NCBI GenBank assembly: GCA_037131555.1
Contig: JBAXQU010000001.1
Span: forward strand, 1,490-65,489
Source of the DNA: Bacteroidota bacterium
GTDB lineage: Bacteria; Bacteroidota; Bacteroidia; 2-12-FULL-35-15
DNA length: 64,000 nt
Direction: 5' to 3'
Shown here: positions 46,416-56,583 of the stretch, in pieces
How the letters are laid out: each line of letters begins with the position of its first letter
Numbering within the stretch: position 1 is the first letter of the stretch
Translations under genes and position numbers: made by a program
The notes under the pieces: generated by a model
Databases searched by the model: none
Seen by the model: the letters and a program-made list of their open reading frames with translations, nothing else
Told to the model about the DNA's origin: nothing

Positions 46416-46809
46416 AATGTTATTCAAAAAAAGTGACATATACCATTCCGGATTACGAAATATGCGCGTCACTTGTGACGGAGGACATTACGAAAACAAA
46501 ACCCTATCCGTCTCTTGTGACATGACACATTACGAAAACAAAACCCTATCCGTCACTTGTGACATGACACATTACGAAAACAAAACCATGTCCGTCACTT
46601 GTGACACGACACATTACGAAAACAAAACCATGTCCGTCACTTGTGACACGACACATTACGAAAACAAAACCCTATCCGTCACTTGTGACCCGACACATTC
46701 TGTTTCTGGAACCCTATCCGTCACTTTTTTACCTAAAAACGCTCATTTTTAGATTATCAAAGTCGTTTTAGAGGTATATTTTAAAGGAGAAGTAAGCTAT
46801 TAGATTTGA
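46385..46809 (+). repeat. 425-bp repeat element, copy 2
   Basis: Colinear with 35015..35439. Also forms track ORF 46417..46752. Confidence 0.85.
46468..46731 (+). repeat. Tandem array of six 42-bp units plus a degenerate seventh, core palindrome GTCAC-TT-GTGAC
   Basis: Palindromes start at 46468, 46510 (one mismatch), 46552, 46594, 46636 and 46678. Confidence 0.9.
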
Positions 46810-46854
46810 GAAGCTAGGACACAAAACAAGTTTGATGGATGAGTTCAGCCTATT

Positions 46855-47154
46855 TTATTTAATACCTGACTTTTTACCGCGTTTCTTGTTTCCATTCGAT
46901 GGCATCGAAAATCCATCGCCATCCACTTTATATTCTCTTCTTCTACTTCTCCAAAACGAGGTACCATTGTGATCTTGATTCGGGTCTCTTTTACGAGCAT
47001 CGAAATGGTGCATTTGAGCCCTAGGTTTATCGGCACGATGAAACAAACGAGAGAAAAAACCACCTGACTTAGCACTGCTTTCCTTGCCTGCTTGCGAAAA
47101 GGAAGCAGTTGAAAATCCAACAATAAATATTACAAACAAAAACACTTTTTTCAT
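46855..47154 (-). CDS. Small basic secreted protein, hypothetical
   Basis: Starts at MKKVFLFVIFIVGFSTASFSQ (signal peptide). The mature part is rich in Arg, Lys and His. Confidence 0.4.
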   Translation of the reverse strand: MKKVFLFVIFIVGFSTASFSQAGKESSAKSGGFFSRLFHRADKPRAQMHHFDARKRDPNQDHNGTSFWRSRRREYKVDGDGFSMPSNGNKKRGKKSGIK

Positions 47155-47253
47155 AGCATACAAACCTAACTATTTCTTGATAATTATCAAGCGATTCCTT
47201 TTACGAGTTTTCAAAAATTTCTAACAATTAAGATTAAAGACTCATTTCCTTAA

Positions 47254-50200
47254 CTAAAAATAGGCTCTTATTTGCGCACCACCAGTATGTATCGCATTGG
47301 TTCCTGCCGATTTTCGACCATCATACGTAATGCTTATTTGCATATTGTTAGATAAATTTCGTTGATAAGCCATTCCCCAAGTGATGTTCTGCCCAGGTTT
47401 CAAGGCATCTAACATTTCGAAGGCCAAAGCAGAATTCGATTGTTTTGCATTATAACTTATTTGAATGTAATTAGCCTTCATATTAAAACTGCCTTTATTC
47501 AATACATTCCATTTCAATTCTGCTCCATAATCTTGTAGTTGAGCCTTTACCTGAAGCGAATCGGTTTCGGTACGGTTTTCCTTATTACTATATTTAAAGG
47601 AAACCGAAACTCTAAATGCTGTAGTGGGCTGGTAGTTGAGTTTTGGTTCCATTGAATAATAATCGATTTTGTAATTTCGCGCACTAAAATACTGTGACGA
47701 ATTTGACTTTGTTCCATAAATTCCATCAAAATTACAACTCATTTGTTGAATAAAATTCCATCTCACTCGAGCCTCTTCATAAGCATTCATTCGTTCTTCG
47801 TATCCATTCGTTAATAACGATTTGTTCTTTACCTCCTGATACGAAAGATCGATACCAAACAAAGGACTCAATTGGTTTATGAACAAGGTATTTCTAAACG
47901 AAGAATTGAGTGTTACCAATGTTTTAAAAGCGGTTGTAGCTGTGTCATTCTTGATAACTAAAAAAGGATTGTAAGCTCGTTCAAGAATATTATCGAACGA
48001 TTTTCTATCCACTCTATATGAAGTTTGGTTATTAAATCTTGCCACAAATTTTTTCCAACCTGTTTTGGTTGCCCATATTACCGATGGTTTCAGGTTGAGC
48101 ACTTCGCTAAATTGATTGTTATACGTTTTTATATAACTATTAGTTGGCGTAAAAACTTTGATATACGTTGCAAGACCTGGTATAGGTGCAATTTCGAATT
48201 CTCCTAATTGTTTTATTCCATCGCCATTATAGTCAATCCACTGATAAATGCCAAGTCCTGCTGTTACCTGCACATACGAATATTCTTTCTTTGCTTCTAG
48301 TCCAGAACCTATCTCATAAAACGAACTTGAGCTTATTACACCTTTTAACAATTTGAAACTATACTCCAGCCTTGCAACCAAGGAATTATCGGGCAACTGA
48401 TTGGTGAGTTTTAAATCTAAGATTTCTAATTTTCTATACGAAGCATTAATCTTTAACTGGCTATTCACATTCTTTCCAAGTTCTAAAAAAGCTCCATAAT
48501 TTCTTGCAAGTGTAGCTTGGTTAAAAGATGCATTGCCTAGTGTATCTTTTACAGCATAGTCAATTCGTTGTTTGTAATTTATTCCATATCTATTTTTGGT
48601 GGTATCTGCATTTTGGGCAAAAGCCTGCCATTCCCAGAACTTATAACTGTTCGAGAGTAAGGAATCTTTTTTACCTTTTAGCGAAAACTGATTTTGTTCG
48701 AATTCATCCTTCAAGCCAATACTCAACCATTTTATTTTCTGAGCAACACTAGACTTGTGCCTATAAAAGTTGGTATTGGTTGCGCTTGATGAAGTAAGAA
48801 AACTTCCATCGTACATCAAACTTAATCCCTTTTTCGAAACCGAAAACATCGCATTGTGTTTATTAGCGCTGTAATACATTCCTTCTTGAAAAGTATTGAA
48901 TTTGTATCCAACACTTCCAAGTCCTCGTTTTACTAACGCAACCGATGCACCAATAATATGTTGGTCGGCAAGTGTAGCAGTTGTTCCTCTATTCCAGTCG
49001 CGTTCGAACTCAATACTTCTATATCTTTCAATTGGTGAAAAATATTTTTGAACATATTCATAGTTTATGTTGCTAAGTAATTTCATTCCATGCTTCGTAC
49101 TATCTGTACTTGCTGCTTTTGATATGGACGAAACATTATCATAATTCAATTTGAGTGCATAACCTACATCATCATAACTATCGACAGTTGAGAAGGTATT
49201 TAGCACATTATTGCTCACACCAGCTTCCATTGTGAGTTTGTTGTTTTTATCAAAAACATATTCGAATCCGGCTGTAACCATTTGTTTTTTCTTTGGTGTT
49301 ATCAATTGAATCACGGGTTCATAACTTCCGTGCAATGTATCGCCATTCACACTAGGTGCAACCCATTGAAACACTTTTCCATTTGCATCAGATATTATTT
49401 GATTATAATTCCCTTTCCCGGCACCCACATTACTAAAGGTCACCCTAAAATGGGTGCTATCGACCAAACCGTTTCTTACATATACTTTTGTTGGACTGTA
49501 CACAAATACTTTTTTGTATAGATGAGTTCCAATAGTCGTATCGGTTTTGTAATACAATATTTCATTCGCATTCCAAGCTATGCTGTCAACGCTTGGTGTA
49601 ACCGCTCGCGATAAGGTATCTCCTATTTTTGAAAGCAATCGTTTGTCATCATCCGACAAAGTTTGTTGCAATGGCTGATTCTTACTGTCTTGTTCCGAAT
49701 AAATATGAAGATGAACTTTTAATTTATTTTGTTCGTAATCGTTTCCAAAATGAAGCAAAGACCGAGCATAATTTTTATCAGAATATTGAAACTCCACCAC
49801 AATGCGCTTATCCTTTGTGATGAGTTGCTTTGCAGTAAAAATAATTTCACCGGTGTTGTAATTGATGGTGTAGTCGTTTTCTTGTCCACGTTCTACCACT
49901 TTCCCATCCACATAAATTTTCTCCGAGCCTGATAGTATAATAATGTAAGGTTCGTTTTCATTTCCTTTCAAACGGTAAGGACCTTGATTTCCTTCAATGC
50001 CTTGAATCTGATTGCGACCAAATTTTCCGCGCGAAACAGCTGCACTCAATGATGTTTTATAAATACCTTGTTTACTTTTTATTTTCGAATCGGGATTGGT
50101 TTTAACTGCGGTTGAAAAACTAACACCCTGCGCCTTTTTGTTGAAATTCATAAAATATCCTGTGGGTCGTACAAGTTGAAAATCGCCAGCAATTAATTTC

Positions 50201-50841
50201 GAATTAGCATTCGATAATTGAATAAATACCTTATCAAATTCTTGTAATTTTTGGGTATTACCTTCGGCTTGAATAGGGATATTATTGTCGGTGGCAGCCA
50301 AAACTAAATCAATATTATTACTTAAATGTCCTGATAATTGAAGATTAAGATTGGAGTTGACAATCATATCTTGATTGTTCCCAACAGTAAAACCTCTGGA
50401 AATACTTCCTGATTTATTCAGTCCTTCCATCTTAAAAATATCATCATTATCAGACTTTATGTCATAGCTGAATGGATTTGCATTGCCAAACAAATCGGGT
50501 CTAATTCGATTGATATCTTTGTGTCGCACCGTTTCTGAAAACAAATAGGGAAAAGTCTTATACGACAAAATCAAACTTGGAGCGTTGGTGTTTTCCTTTA
50601 TCTTTGTCTTGTTGATGAATAACTTCCCCTCTGCATAAATTATTTTGTAACATGAACTATCAACTTGTTTTCCATCAGGTGTAGCAATGGCAAAACTCCC
50701 GGGAACAATACTTAGTGAATCGAGTTGGATAGTATCTTTACTGAGGTCAATAGTTTTTATACGCGAAGTGTTAGTGACTTGAGCCAAACAACTCACAGCT
50801 ATAAAAAACAATATAAAAACAATGCCCTTTTTAATTATCAC
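47254..50841 (-). CDS. Very large predicted outer-membrane beta-barrel protein, function unknown
   Basis: 1195 aa with a signal peptide ending CLAQ and a beta-strand-rich composition. The C-terminal ...GGAQIRAYF is an OMP signature. Confidence 0.55.
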   Translation of the reverse strand: MIIKKGIVFILFFIAVSCLAQVTNTSRIKTIDLSKDTIQLDSLSIVPGSFAIATPDGKQVDSSCYKIIYAEGKLFINKTKIKENTNAPSLILSYKTFPYLFSETVRHKDINRIRPDLFGNANPFSYDIKSDNDDIFKMEGLNKSGSISRGFTVGNNQDMIVNSNLNLQLSGHLSNNIDLVLAATDNNIPIQAEGNTQKLQEFDKVFIQLSNANSKLIAGDFQLVRPTGYFMNFNKKAQGVSFSTAVKTNPDSKIKSKQGIYKTSLSAAVSRGKFGRNQIQGIEGNQGPYRLKGNENEPYIIILSGSEKIYVDGKVVERGQENDYTINYNTGEIIFTAKQLITKDKRIVVEFQYSDKNYARSLLHFGNDYEQNKLKVHLHIYSEQDSKNQPLQQTLSDDDKRLLSKIGDTLSRAVTPSVDSIAWNANEILYYKTDTTIGTHLYKKVFVYSPTKVYVRNGLVDSTHFRVTFSNVGAGKGNYNQIISDANGKVFQWVAPSVNGDTLHGSYEPVIQLITPKKKQMVTAGFEYVFDKNNKLTMEAGVSNNVLNTFSTVDSYDDVGYALKLNYDNVSSISKAASTDSTKHGMKLLSNINYEYVQKYFSPIERYRSIEFERDWNRGTTATLADQHIIGASVALVKRGLGSVGYKFNTFQEGMYYSANKHNAMFSVSKKGLSLMYDGSFLTSSSATNTNFYRHKSSVAQKIKWLSIGLKDEFEQNQFSLKGKKDSLLSNSYKFWEWQAFAQNADTTKNRYGINYKQRIDYAVKDTLGNASFNQATLARNYGAFLELGKNVNSQLKINASYRKLEILDLKLTNQLPDNSLVARLEYSFKLLKGVISSSSFYEIGSGLEAKKEYSYVQVTAGLGIYQWIDYNGDGIKQLGEFEIAPIPGLATYIKVFTPTNSYIKTYNNQFSEVLNLKPSVIWATKTGWKKFVARFNNQTSYRVDRKSFDNILERAYNPFLVIKNDTATTAFKTLVTLNSSFRNTLFINQLSPLFGIDLSYQEVKNKSLLTNGYEERMNAYEEARVRWNFIQQMSCNFDGIYGTKSNSSQYFSARNYKIDYYSMEPKLNYQPTTAFRVSVSFKYSNKENRTETDSLQVKAQLQDYGAELKWNVLNKGSFNMKANYIQISYNAKQSNSALAFEMLDALKPGQNITWGMAYQRNLSNNMQISITYDGRKSAGTNAIHTGGAQIRAYF

Positions 50842-50881
50842 AGAATAAAATTACTAATTATGTGCAAACAAAAGCATTTTA

Positions 50882-50889
50882 TACATTTG
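50882..50889 (+). promoter_or_regulatory. -7 promoter box TACATTTG
   Basis: Lies 26 nt upstream of the ATG at 50916, inside the longer GTG-initiated track ORF. Confidence 0.45.
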
Positions 50890-50915
50890 TAGCGTTAAAA
50901 TATAAACGCAAAGAG

Positions 50916-51683
50916 ATGAAAAAAATTGTCACCTACAACTTAAATGGTATTCGTTCAGCAATGAGCAAGGGATTAATCGATTGGCTCAAAGCCACTAATC
51001 CCGATATATTGTGTTTACAAGAGTTAAAAGCCGAGCCATCTCAATTAGACTTGAATGTATTTGAAGAGGCAGGATATCATCACTTCTGGTATCCAGCCCA
51101 AAAAAAAGGATATAGTGGTGTAGCTATTTTTTCTAAAACAAAACCCGATTATGTTGAATACGGATGCGGAATAGCAGAATATGATTTTGAAGGAAGAGTG
51201 ATTCGTGCCGACTACGGTGATGTTTCGGTAATGAGTGTTTATCACCCAAGTGGAAGCAGTGGGGAAGAAAGACAAGCTTTTAAAATGAAATGGCTGGCTG
51301 ACTTTCAACAATACATCAATAAATTAAAGAAGGAACGACCGAAACTGATTATCTGTGGCGATTACAATATTTGCCACCAACCCATCGACATTCATAATCC
51401 TAAGAGCAATGCAAAAAGCAGCGGCTTTCTTCCTGAAGAACGCGAATGGATTGATTCGTTTATGAAAACAGGCTTCATCGATAGCTTCCGACATTTCAAT
51501 GCAGAACCACACCACTATACTTGGTGGAGTTTCCGATTTAATTCGCGGGCAAAGAATCTTGGGTGGAGAATTGATTATAATTTAGTGAGCCAGAACTTAG
51601 AATCGAAAATGAAACGTGTGGCCATATTGCCTGAAGCAAAGCATTCCGACCATTGTCCTGTAGTATTGGAAATTGATTTTTAA
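50916..51683 (+). CDS. xth: Exodeoxyribonuclease III
   Basis: Starts MKKIVTYNLNGIRSA. Motifs are LQELK, GDYNICH and SDHCPV. Confidence 0.9.
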   Translation: MKKIVTYNLNGIRSAMSKGLIDWLKATNPDILCLQELKAEPSQLDLNVFEEAGYHHFWYPAQKKGYSGVAIFSKTKPDYVEYGCGIAEYDFEGRVIRADYGDVSVMSVYHPSGSSGEERQAFKMKWLADFQQYINKLKKERPKLIICGDYNICHQPIDIHNPKSNAKSSGFLPEEREWIDSFMKTGFIDSFRHFNAEPHHYTWWSFRFNSRAKNLGWRIDYNLVSQNLESKMKRVAILPEAKHSDHCPVVLEIDF

Positions 51684-52678
51684 AAAATAGATTTTAAATC
51701 TTGGTAAGCAGTTTGAGTTTGTTGCTTTATATGCTCAATAACCTCCTGTACTGAGGAAATCTCATGTATCAATTCTACACTTTGTCCAGCACACCAAAGA
51801 GTTTGATAGTTGCCTGGATGAATAGAAGCCTCTAACTTTTTCATTCCACTCAATTGAACCCACATCTTAAAATACTTTTTAGTTCTAGAGTTAGTCGACA
51901 ATTGTTTCTCAAGCCAATTTTGTTTGTAACCTATCTTCTTTGCAAAAGGTGTATCGATGATTGTGCAGGGTGTTCCTGATATTTTTTCGGTGAGAACAAT
52001 ATCTTGCATTTCAGAATTGACAATTGCATTCTTATATTCAATACTTACGCCTGCTTCTAGAGTTGCAATAAAACGTGTCCCTACAGATACTCCAGCTGCT
52101 CCCATCGATAGCATCGACAATACTCCTGCACCTGTTGCTATTCCCCCTGCCGCAATAACAATGCTTGTTGGGAAATGTTGATGCAATGACGGAATTAATA
52201 CTTGCAAGGGGTTTGGCCCTGCATGCCCTCCTGCGCCCTGACCCACGGCTATAAAACCATCGCATCCTAATTCGAAACATTTTTGTGCGTGAGCTATATT
52301 GGTAACATCACAAAACACCTTTGCGCCATAGCCGTGTGCTTCTTCTATTACTTGCTTTGGGTTACCTAATGAAGTAATGTAAAAGGGAACTTTCTTTTCA
52401 ATACAAATCTTCAGATGCTTTTCATATAAAGGGTTTGTTTTTTGAACAATTAGATTTATACCGTAGGTTCCATTTACACTGAGTTTTTCTTTTTCATTGT
52501 TTAGATGGTCCAAAACCTTTTCCAATTCACCATCTTTGCGGTAGTTTAAACTCGGAAACGAACCTGCAATACCGTTGTTCATAGCGGCTATTATCATGGC
52601 CTCGTTGCTTACCAAAAACATTGGAGCCATTATCATTGGGAAATCTATTTGTAAGCTATCGGTAAGTTGAGTTCTCAT
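51680..52678 (-). CDS. Nitronate monooxygenase family flavin oxidoreductase (FabK-like)
   Basis: 332 aa, an NMO TIM barrel with GQGAGGHAG and AAGGIATG. Confidence 0.75.
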   Translation of the reverse strand: MRTQLTDSLQIDFPMIMAPMFLVSNEAMIIAAMNNGIAGSFPSLNYRKDGELEKVLDHLNNEKEKLSVNGTYGINLIVQKTNPLYEKHLKICIEKKVPFYITSLGNPKQVIEEAHGYGAKVFCDVTNIAHAQKCFELGCDGFIAVGQGAGGHAGPNPLQVLIPSLHQHFPTSIVIAAGGIATGAGVLSMLSMGAAGVSVGTRFIATLEAGVSIEYKNAIVNSEMQDIVLTEKISGTPCTIIDTPFAKKIGYKQNWLEKQLSTNSRTKKYFKMWVQLSGMKKLEASIHPGNYQTLWCAGQSVELIHEISSVQEVIEHIKQQTQTAYQDLKSIF

Positions 52679-52743
52679 TTGGTGAAAAGATTAAAGTAAA
52701 TTAATCAAAAAAATAATTTATTTTTGAAAGCGTAAAGATAAGA

Positions 52744-52757
52744 CGTTACTAGTAACG
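52744..52757. promoter_or_regulatory. Perfect 14-bp palindrome CGTTAC-TA-GTAACG (operator candidate)
   Basis: Lies between a TATTTTTG box (52719..52726) and the ATG at 52781. Confidence 0.3.
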
Positions 52758-52780
52758 ATTCAAAACTAATTATTCAAACA

Positions 52781-54556
52781 ATGGCGGTAACAAGAATTTT
52801 TGATATCATTCCACAGTTGTTGGAAAAGTACAACAAACCTAATGCTTTGGCAGCTAAGGTAAATGGCAAATGGGTAGAATATTCTACTCAAGAATTTGCC
52901 GACACGGTCAATTATTTAAGTTATGGTCTTCTTCAACTAGGGATTGAGAGAGAAGAAAAAATTGGAATCATATCGAACAACAGACCGGAATGGATATTTG
53001 CTGACTATGCCATACAACAAAGCGGTGCAGTTAGTGTCCCTATCTATCCAACCATCAGCGAAACCGATTTGAACTTTATCTTTAGTGATGCCAAAATAAA
53101 ATACGTTTTTGTTTCGTCAATTGATTTGTACAATAAAGTAAAAGCTGTTGCTGCAACACTTCCTTCGGTGAAAGGGATTTATACATTCAACAATATTGAA
53201 GGGGCCAATCATTGGACTGAATTGGTGAATATTGGCAAGCAAAATAATAAATCGAAGGAGATTGATGTGATTAAAAATTCAATCAAGCCCAATGATTTGT
53301 TTTCTATCCTTTACACTTCGGGCACAACTGGAAATCCAAAGGGAGTGATGCTTTCGCACGATAATTTAATTAGCAATTCAATTGCTTGTCAGGTGTTAGC
53401 TCCTTTTCATTCGTCATGGAAAGCGCTAAGCTTTTTGCCATTGAACCATGTTTACGAACGCATGTTGAATACCTTGTATTTATATTTAGGTGTTTCTATC
53501 TATTATGCCGAAAGCTTTGATACAGTTGGAGAAAACCTTAAAGAAGTGAAGCCTCAAATATTTGTTACTGTCCCTCGATTGCTCGAGAAGGTGTACGATA
53601 AAATTATTGCAAAAGGTTCGGAACAAAAGGGAATTAAGAAAGCCATTTTTTTCTGGGCAGTTAATCTAGGTTTGCGTTTCGAATTACATGGAGCCAATGG
53701 ATGGTGGTACGAACTTCAATTAAAAATAGCCAATAAACTAGTGTTCACTAAATGGCGTGAGGCCTTAGGCGGAAACGTTGTGGCCGTTGCATCGGGAGGT
53801 GCGGCCTTGCAACCTCGACTTGCTCGAGTGTTCAATGCTGCTGGAATTGTTTGTCTCGAAGGATATGGATTGACTGAAACATCACCCGTGATTGCGGTAA
53901 ATAATTTTACTCCTAATGGGATATGTTTTGGAACGGTAGGTCCGGTGATAGAACGTGTAAAGGTGTCGTTTGCCGAAGATGGTGAGATACTTGTGAAAGG
54001 TCCTAATGTTATGCTGGGTTATTTCAATCGTCCAGATGCTACTGAAGAAGCTATTGACAAAGAGGGTTGGTTTCATACTGGCGACATTGGAGAATTTCTT
54101 GACAATCGATTTCTTAAAATTACTGATCGTAAGAAAGAGATATTCAAAACTTCGGGAGGCAAATACATTGCCCCTGTGATGATTGAAAATAAAATTAAAG
54201 AATCACCCTTTATTGAACAAGTGATGGTGATAGGAGAGAATGAAAAATATGCATCGGCACTTATTGTTCCTTCCTTTGCTTATCTAAAAGAATATTGCAA
54301 GCTCCATAAAATTGAATTTACCAGCAACGAAGAACTTATTAAAAATGCGGAAATAAAATCGAGAATAGTGGAGGAGATAGAAAAGGTGAATAAGAAACTT
54401 GCTCATTACGAAACGATAAAACGCCCTGAATTACTGGCTCGCGAATGGACCATCGATAAGAATGAAATGACTCCGAAACTTTCGTTGAAACGAAAAGTCA
54501 TCATGGCGGCTAATAAGGATTTGATTGCAAAAATTTACAGAACAACTGAACAATAA
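52781..54556 (+). CDS. Long-chain fatty acid--CoA ligase (AMP-binding family)
   Basis: 591 aa with ILYTSGTTGNPKGVMLSH, EGYGLTETSP, HTGDIG and TPKLSLKRK. Confidence 0.85.
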   Translation: MAVTRIFDIIPQLLEKYNKPNALAAKVNGKWVEYSTQEFADTVNYLSYGLLQLGIEREEKIGIISNNRPEWIFADYAIQQSGAVSVPIYPTISETDLNFIFSDAKIKYVFVSSIDLYNKVKAVAATLPSVKGIYTFNNIEGANHWTELVNIGKQNNKSKEIDVIKNSIKPNDLFSILYTSGTTGNPKGVMLSHDNLISNSIACQVLAPFHSSWKALSFLPLNHVYERMLNTLYLYLGVSIYYAESFDTVGENLKEVKPQIFVTVPRLLEKVYDKIIAKGSEQKGIKKAIFFWAVNLGLRFELHGANGWWYELQLKIANKLVFTKWREALGGNVVAVASGGAALQPRLARVFNAAGIVCLEGYGLTETSPVIAVNNFTPNGICFGTVGPVIERVKVSFAEDGEILVKGPNVMLGYFNRPDATEEAIDKEGWFHTGDIGEFLDNRFLKITDRKKEIFKTSGGKYIAPVMIENKIKESPFIEQVMVIGENEKYASALIVPSFAYLKEYCKLHKIEFTSNEELIKNAEIKSRIVEEIEKVNKKLAHYETIKRPELLAREWTIDKNEMTPKLSLKRKVIMAANKDLIAKIYRTTEQ

Positions 54557-54574
54557 ACTACTTTTTAGTTAGGT

Positions 54575-56521
54575 ATGACATCTACAAAAAACAATAAAAA
54601 GCAAAAGCACCAAAAACCAAATAACGCGAGTACCAACACCAATAAGCTCAACCGAAAAACTGTTATTCAACTTTGCGTTGTGCTCTTCATCGCCTCATTT
54701 TTGCTGTATGCAAATACCCTACATCACCGCTATGTATTGGATGATGCGGCTGTGATTAAAGAGAATGTGTTAACCAAAGGTGGAGTGCATTCTATCAAAC
54801 AAATACTGTCATCGAGTTATAGAGAAGGTTATGTGAACAACGACCATGGTATTTACCGTCCGCTGACCAAAGTAATGTTTGCTATCGAGTGGCAGTTGGC
54901 TCCCGACAAGCCTTTCCTTGGGCATTTGATGAATCTTATTTTTTATTCCATCACTTGCGTTTTGCTTTTCCTGTTGTTTCTGCGATACATCAAAATGAAT
55001 CCTTATGTTTTATTCTTTGCGAGTTTAATTTTTGCACTACACCCCATCCATACCGAAGTGGTGGCAAACATTAAGAGTAGAGATGAAATAATGGCGGCCT
55101 TTTTCTTAATCCTCTCGTTGCTTTCTATTTCGAATTACCTTAATTCGAAAAAAATTATTGCCCTCATTGCTTCTATCGTCTGCTTTTTTCTTGGCTTGTT
55201 GTCGAAAGAATCGGCTATTATTTTTGTTGGCATTGTTCCTCTTGTGATTTATTTCTTTACAAGTACTAGTTCTAAAGAAACGATTAAAATAACTGCCGTT
55301 ACTGCCGTTACGGCCATTGCTTATCTTTTGCTTCATTTAAAAGTAATGGGAACTATTGGGGTTCCTAATATTCATCCTACCGACAATTCGATATTGATGG
55401 CAACTAATTATTTTCAACAAAAAGCTACTGCCATTTTTATTTTAGGAAAATATTTATTGCTGCTTTTGTTTCCTCATCCGCTGTCGAGCGACTATTCGTT
55501 CAATACCATTCCCATTGTTACTACTGCTGCCAACCTTGGTTTCTTGTTGGCTTTTCTGGTTCATGTGGCTTTGTTGGGTTATGCCTTGGTTCGCCTTAAA
55601 TCAAAACACTTTCTTTCGTTCTGCATTTTGTTTTACCTCATCAGCATGTCCATTGCTTCCAATCTATTTATGGTGATAGGTACCAACCTTGCTGAGCGAC
55701 TTTTGTTCTTTCCTTCCATTGCTTTCTCCTTGGCCTTGGCATGGACCATTGCTACCTTGGCTAAGATGGATTTGAAGAACCTCAATCAAAAACTATCAGC
55801 GGTGCTGAGCACTAATAAGGCCATCGTTGGTGGGTTTGCGTTGATATTGGTTTTGTATTCGTACAAAACAATTGCGCGCAACAAAGCTTGGAACAATGGT
55901 GTGACGCTTTACGAAACCGATTTGAAAACCGTGCCCAATAGTTCGCACCTTTTGCTTTTCCATGCCGACAACCTTACGCTTAAAGACTCTTTAGTTGGTT
56001 TGTCGGATGATGTGAGGAAGCAACGATTTGCTCTTGCTCAAAAAGAAATTGATAAAGCGCTGAGTATATATGAGGAGATGCCCGATGCACATAATGTGGC
56101 TGGAAGGATTTGGTACGAGTATAAAAATTATGATTTGGCTTTAAAAGAATATAGTAGGGCCATGTACCTCAATTCGGGCACTGCTTCGTATCATAACAAT
56201 GTGGCTACCTGTTATTTTTCTACTGCAAAATATCCTGAGGCGGCTGCAGAATTTAAGAAATCGACCGAACTAAATCCGTTGGATGCCGACTCGTTTTGCA
56301 ATTTGGGTAGTGCGTATGGCGAGATAGGACAAGCTGCTGTGCGAAGCAAGAACAAAGATACTGCCGACAAATACCTGCATCTTGCTATCGACAATTTCTA
56401 CCGTGCCACTGAACTCAATCCTAAATATAAAGGTGCTTTCCAGTTTTTGGGGCTTACATATAATACCATTGGCGATACCATCAATGGGAAAAAGTATTTG
56501 GATATTGCCCGTGGCTTGTAA
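54575..56521 (+). CDS. TMTC/DUF1736-like polytopic membrane protein with C-terminal TPR repeats
   Basis: 648 aa with about 10 TM segments, the motif HPIHTEVVANIKSRDE and C-terminal TPR units. It starts 18 nt after the ligase stop. Confidence 0.6.
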   Translation: MTSTKNNKKQKHQKPNNASTNTNKLNRKTVIQLCVVLFIASFLLYANTLHHRYVLDDAAVIKENVLTKGGVHSIKQILSSSYREGYVNNDHGIYRPLTKVMFAIEWQLAPDKPFLGHLMNLIFYSITCVLLFLLFLRYIKMNPYVLFFASLIFALHPIHTEVVANIKSRDEIMAAFFLILSLLSISNYLNSKKIIALIASIVCFFLGLLSKESAIIFVGIVPLVIYFFTSTSSKETIKITAVTAVTAIAYLLLHLKVMGTIGVPNIHPTDNSILMATNYFQQKATAIFILGKYLLLLLFPHPLSSDYSFNTIPIVTTAANLGFLLAFLVHVALLGYALVRLKSKHFLSFCILFYLISMSIASNLFMVIGTNLAERLLFFPSIAFSLALAWTIATLAKMDLKNLNQKLSAVLSTNKAIVGGFALILVLYSYKTIARNKAWNNGVTLYETDLKTVPNSSHLLLFHADNLTLKDSLVGLSDDVRKQRFALAQKEIDKALSIYEEMPDAHNVAGRIWYEYKNYDLALKEYSRAMYLNSGTASYHNNVATCYFSTAKYPEAAAEFKKSTELNPLDADSFCNLGSAYGEIGQAAVRSKNKDTADKYLHLAIDNFYRATELNPKYKGAFQFLGLTYNTIGDTINGKKYLDIARGL

Positions 56522-56583
56522 ATGCAGGTGGTGATTTAGGGGCATGGTTGTTCTTTACCGCAAAGACACTATGGCGCAAAGAA

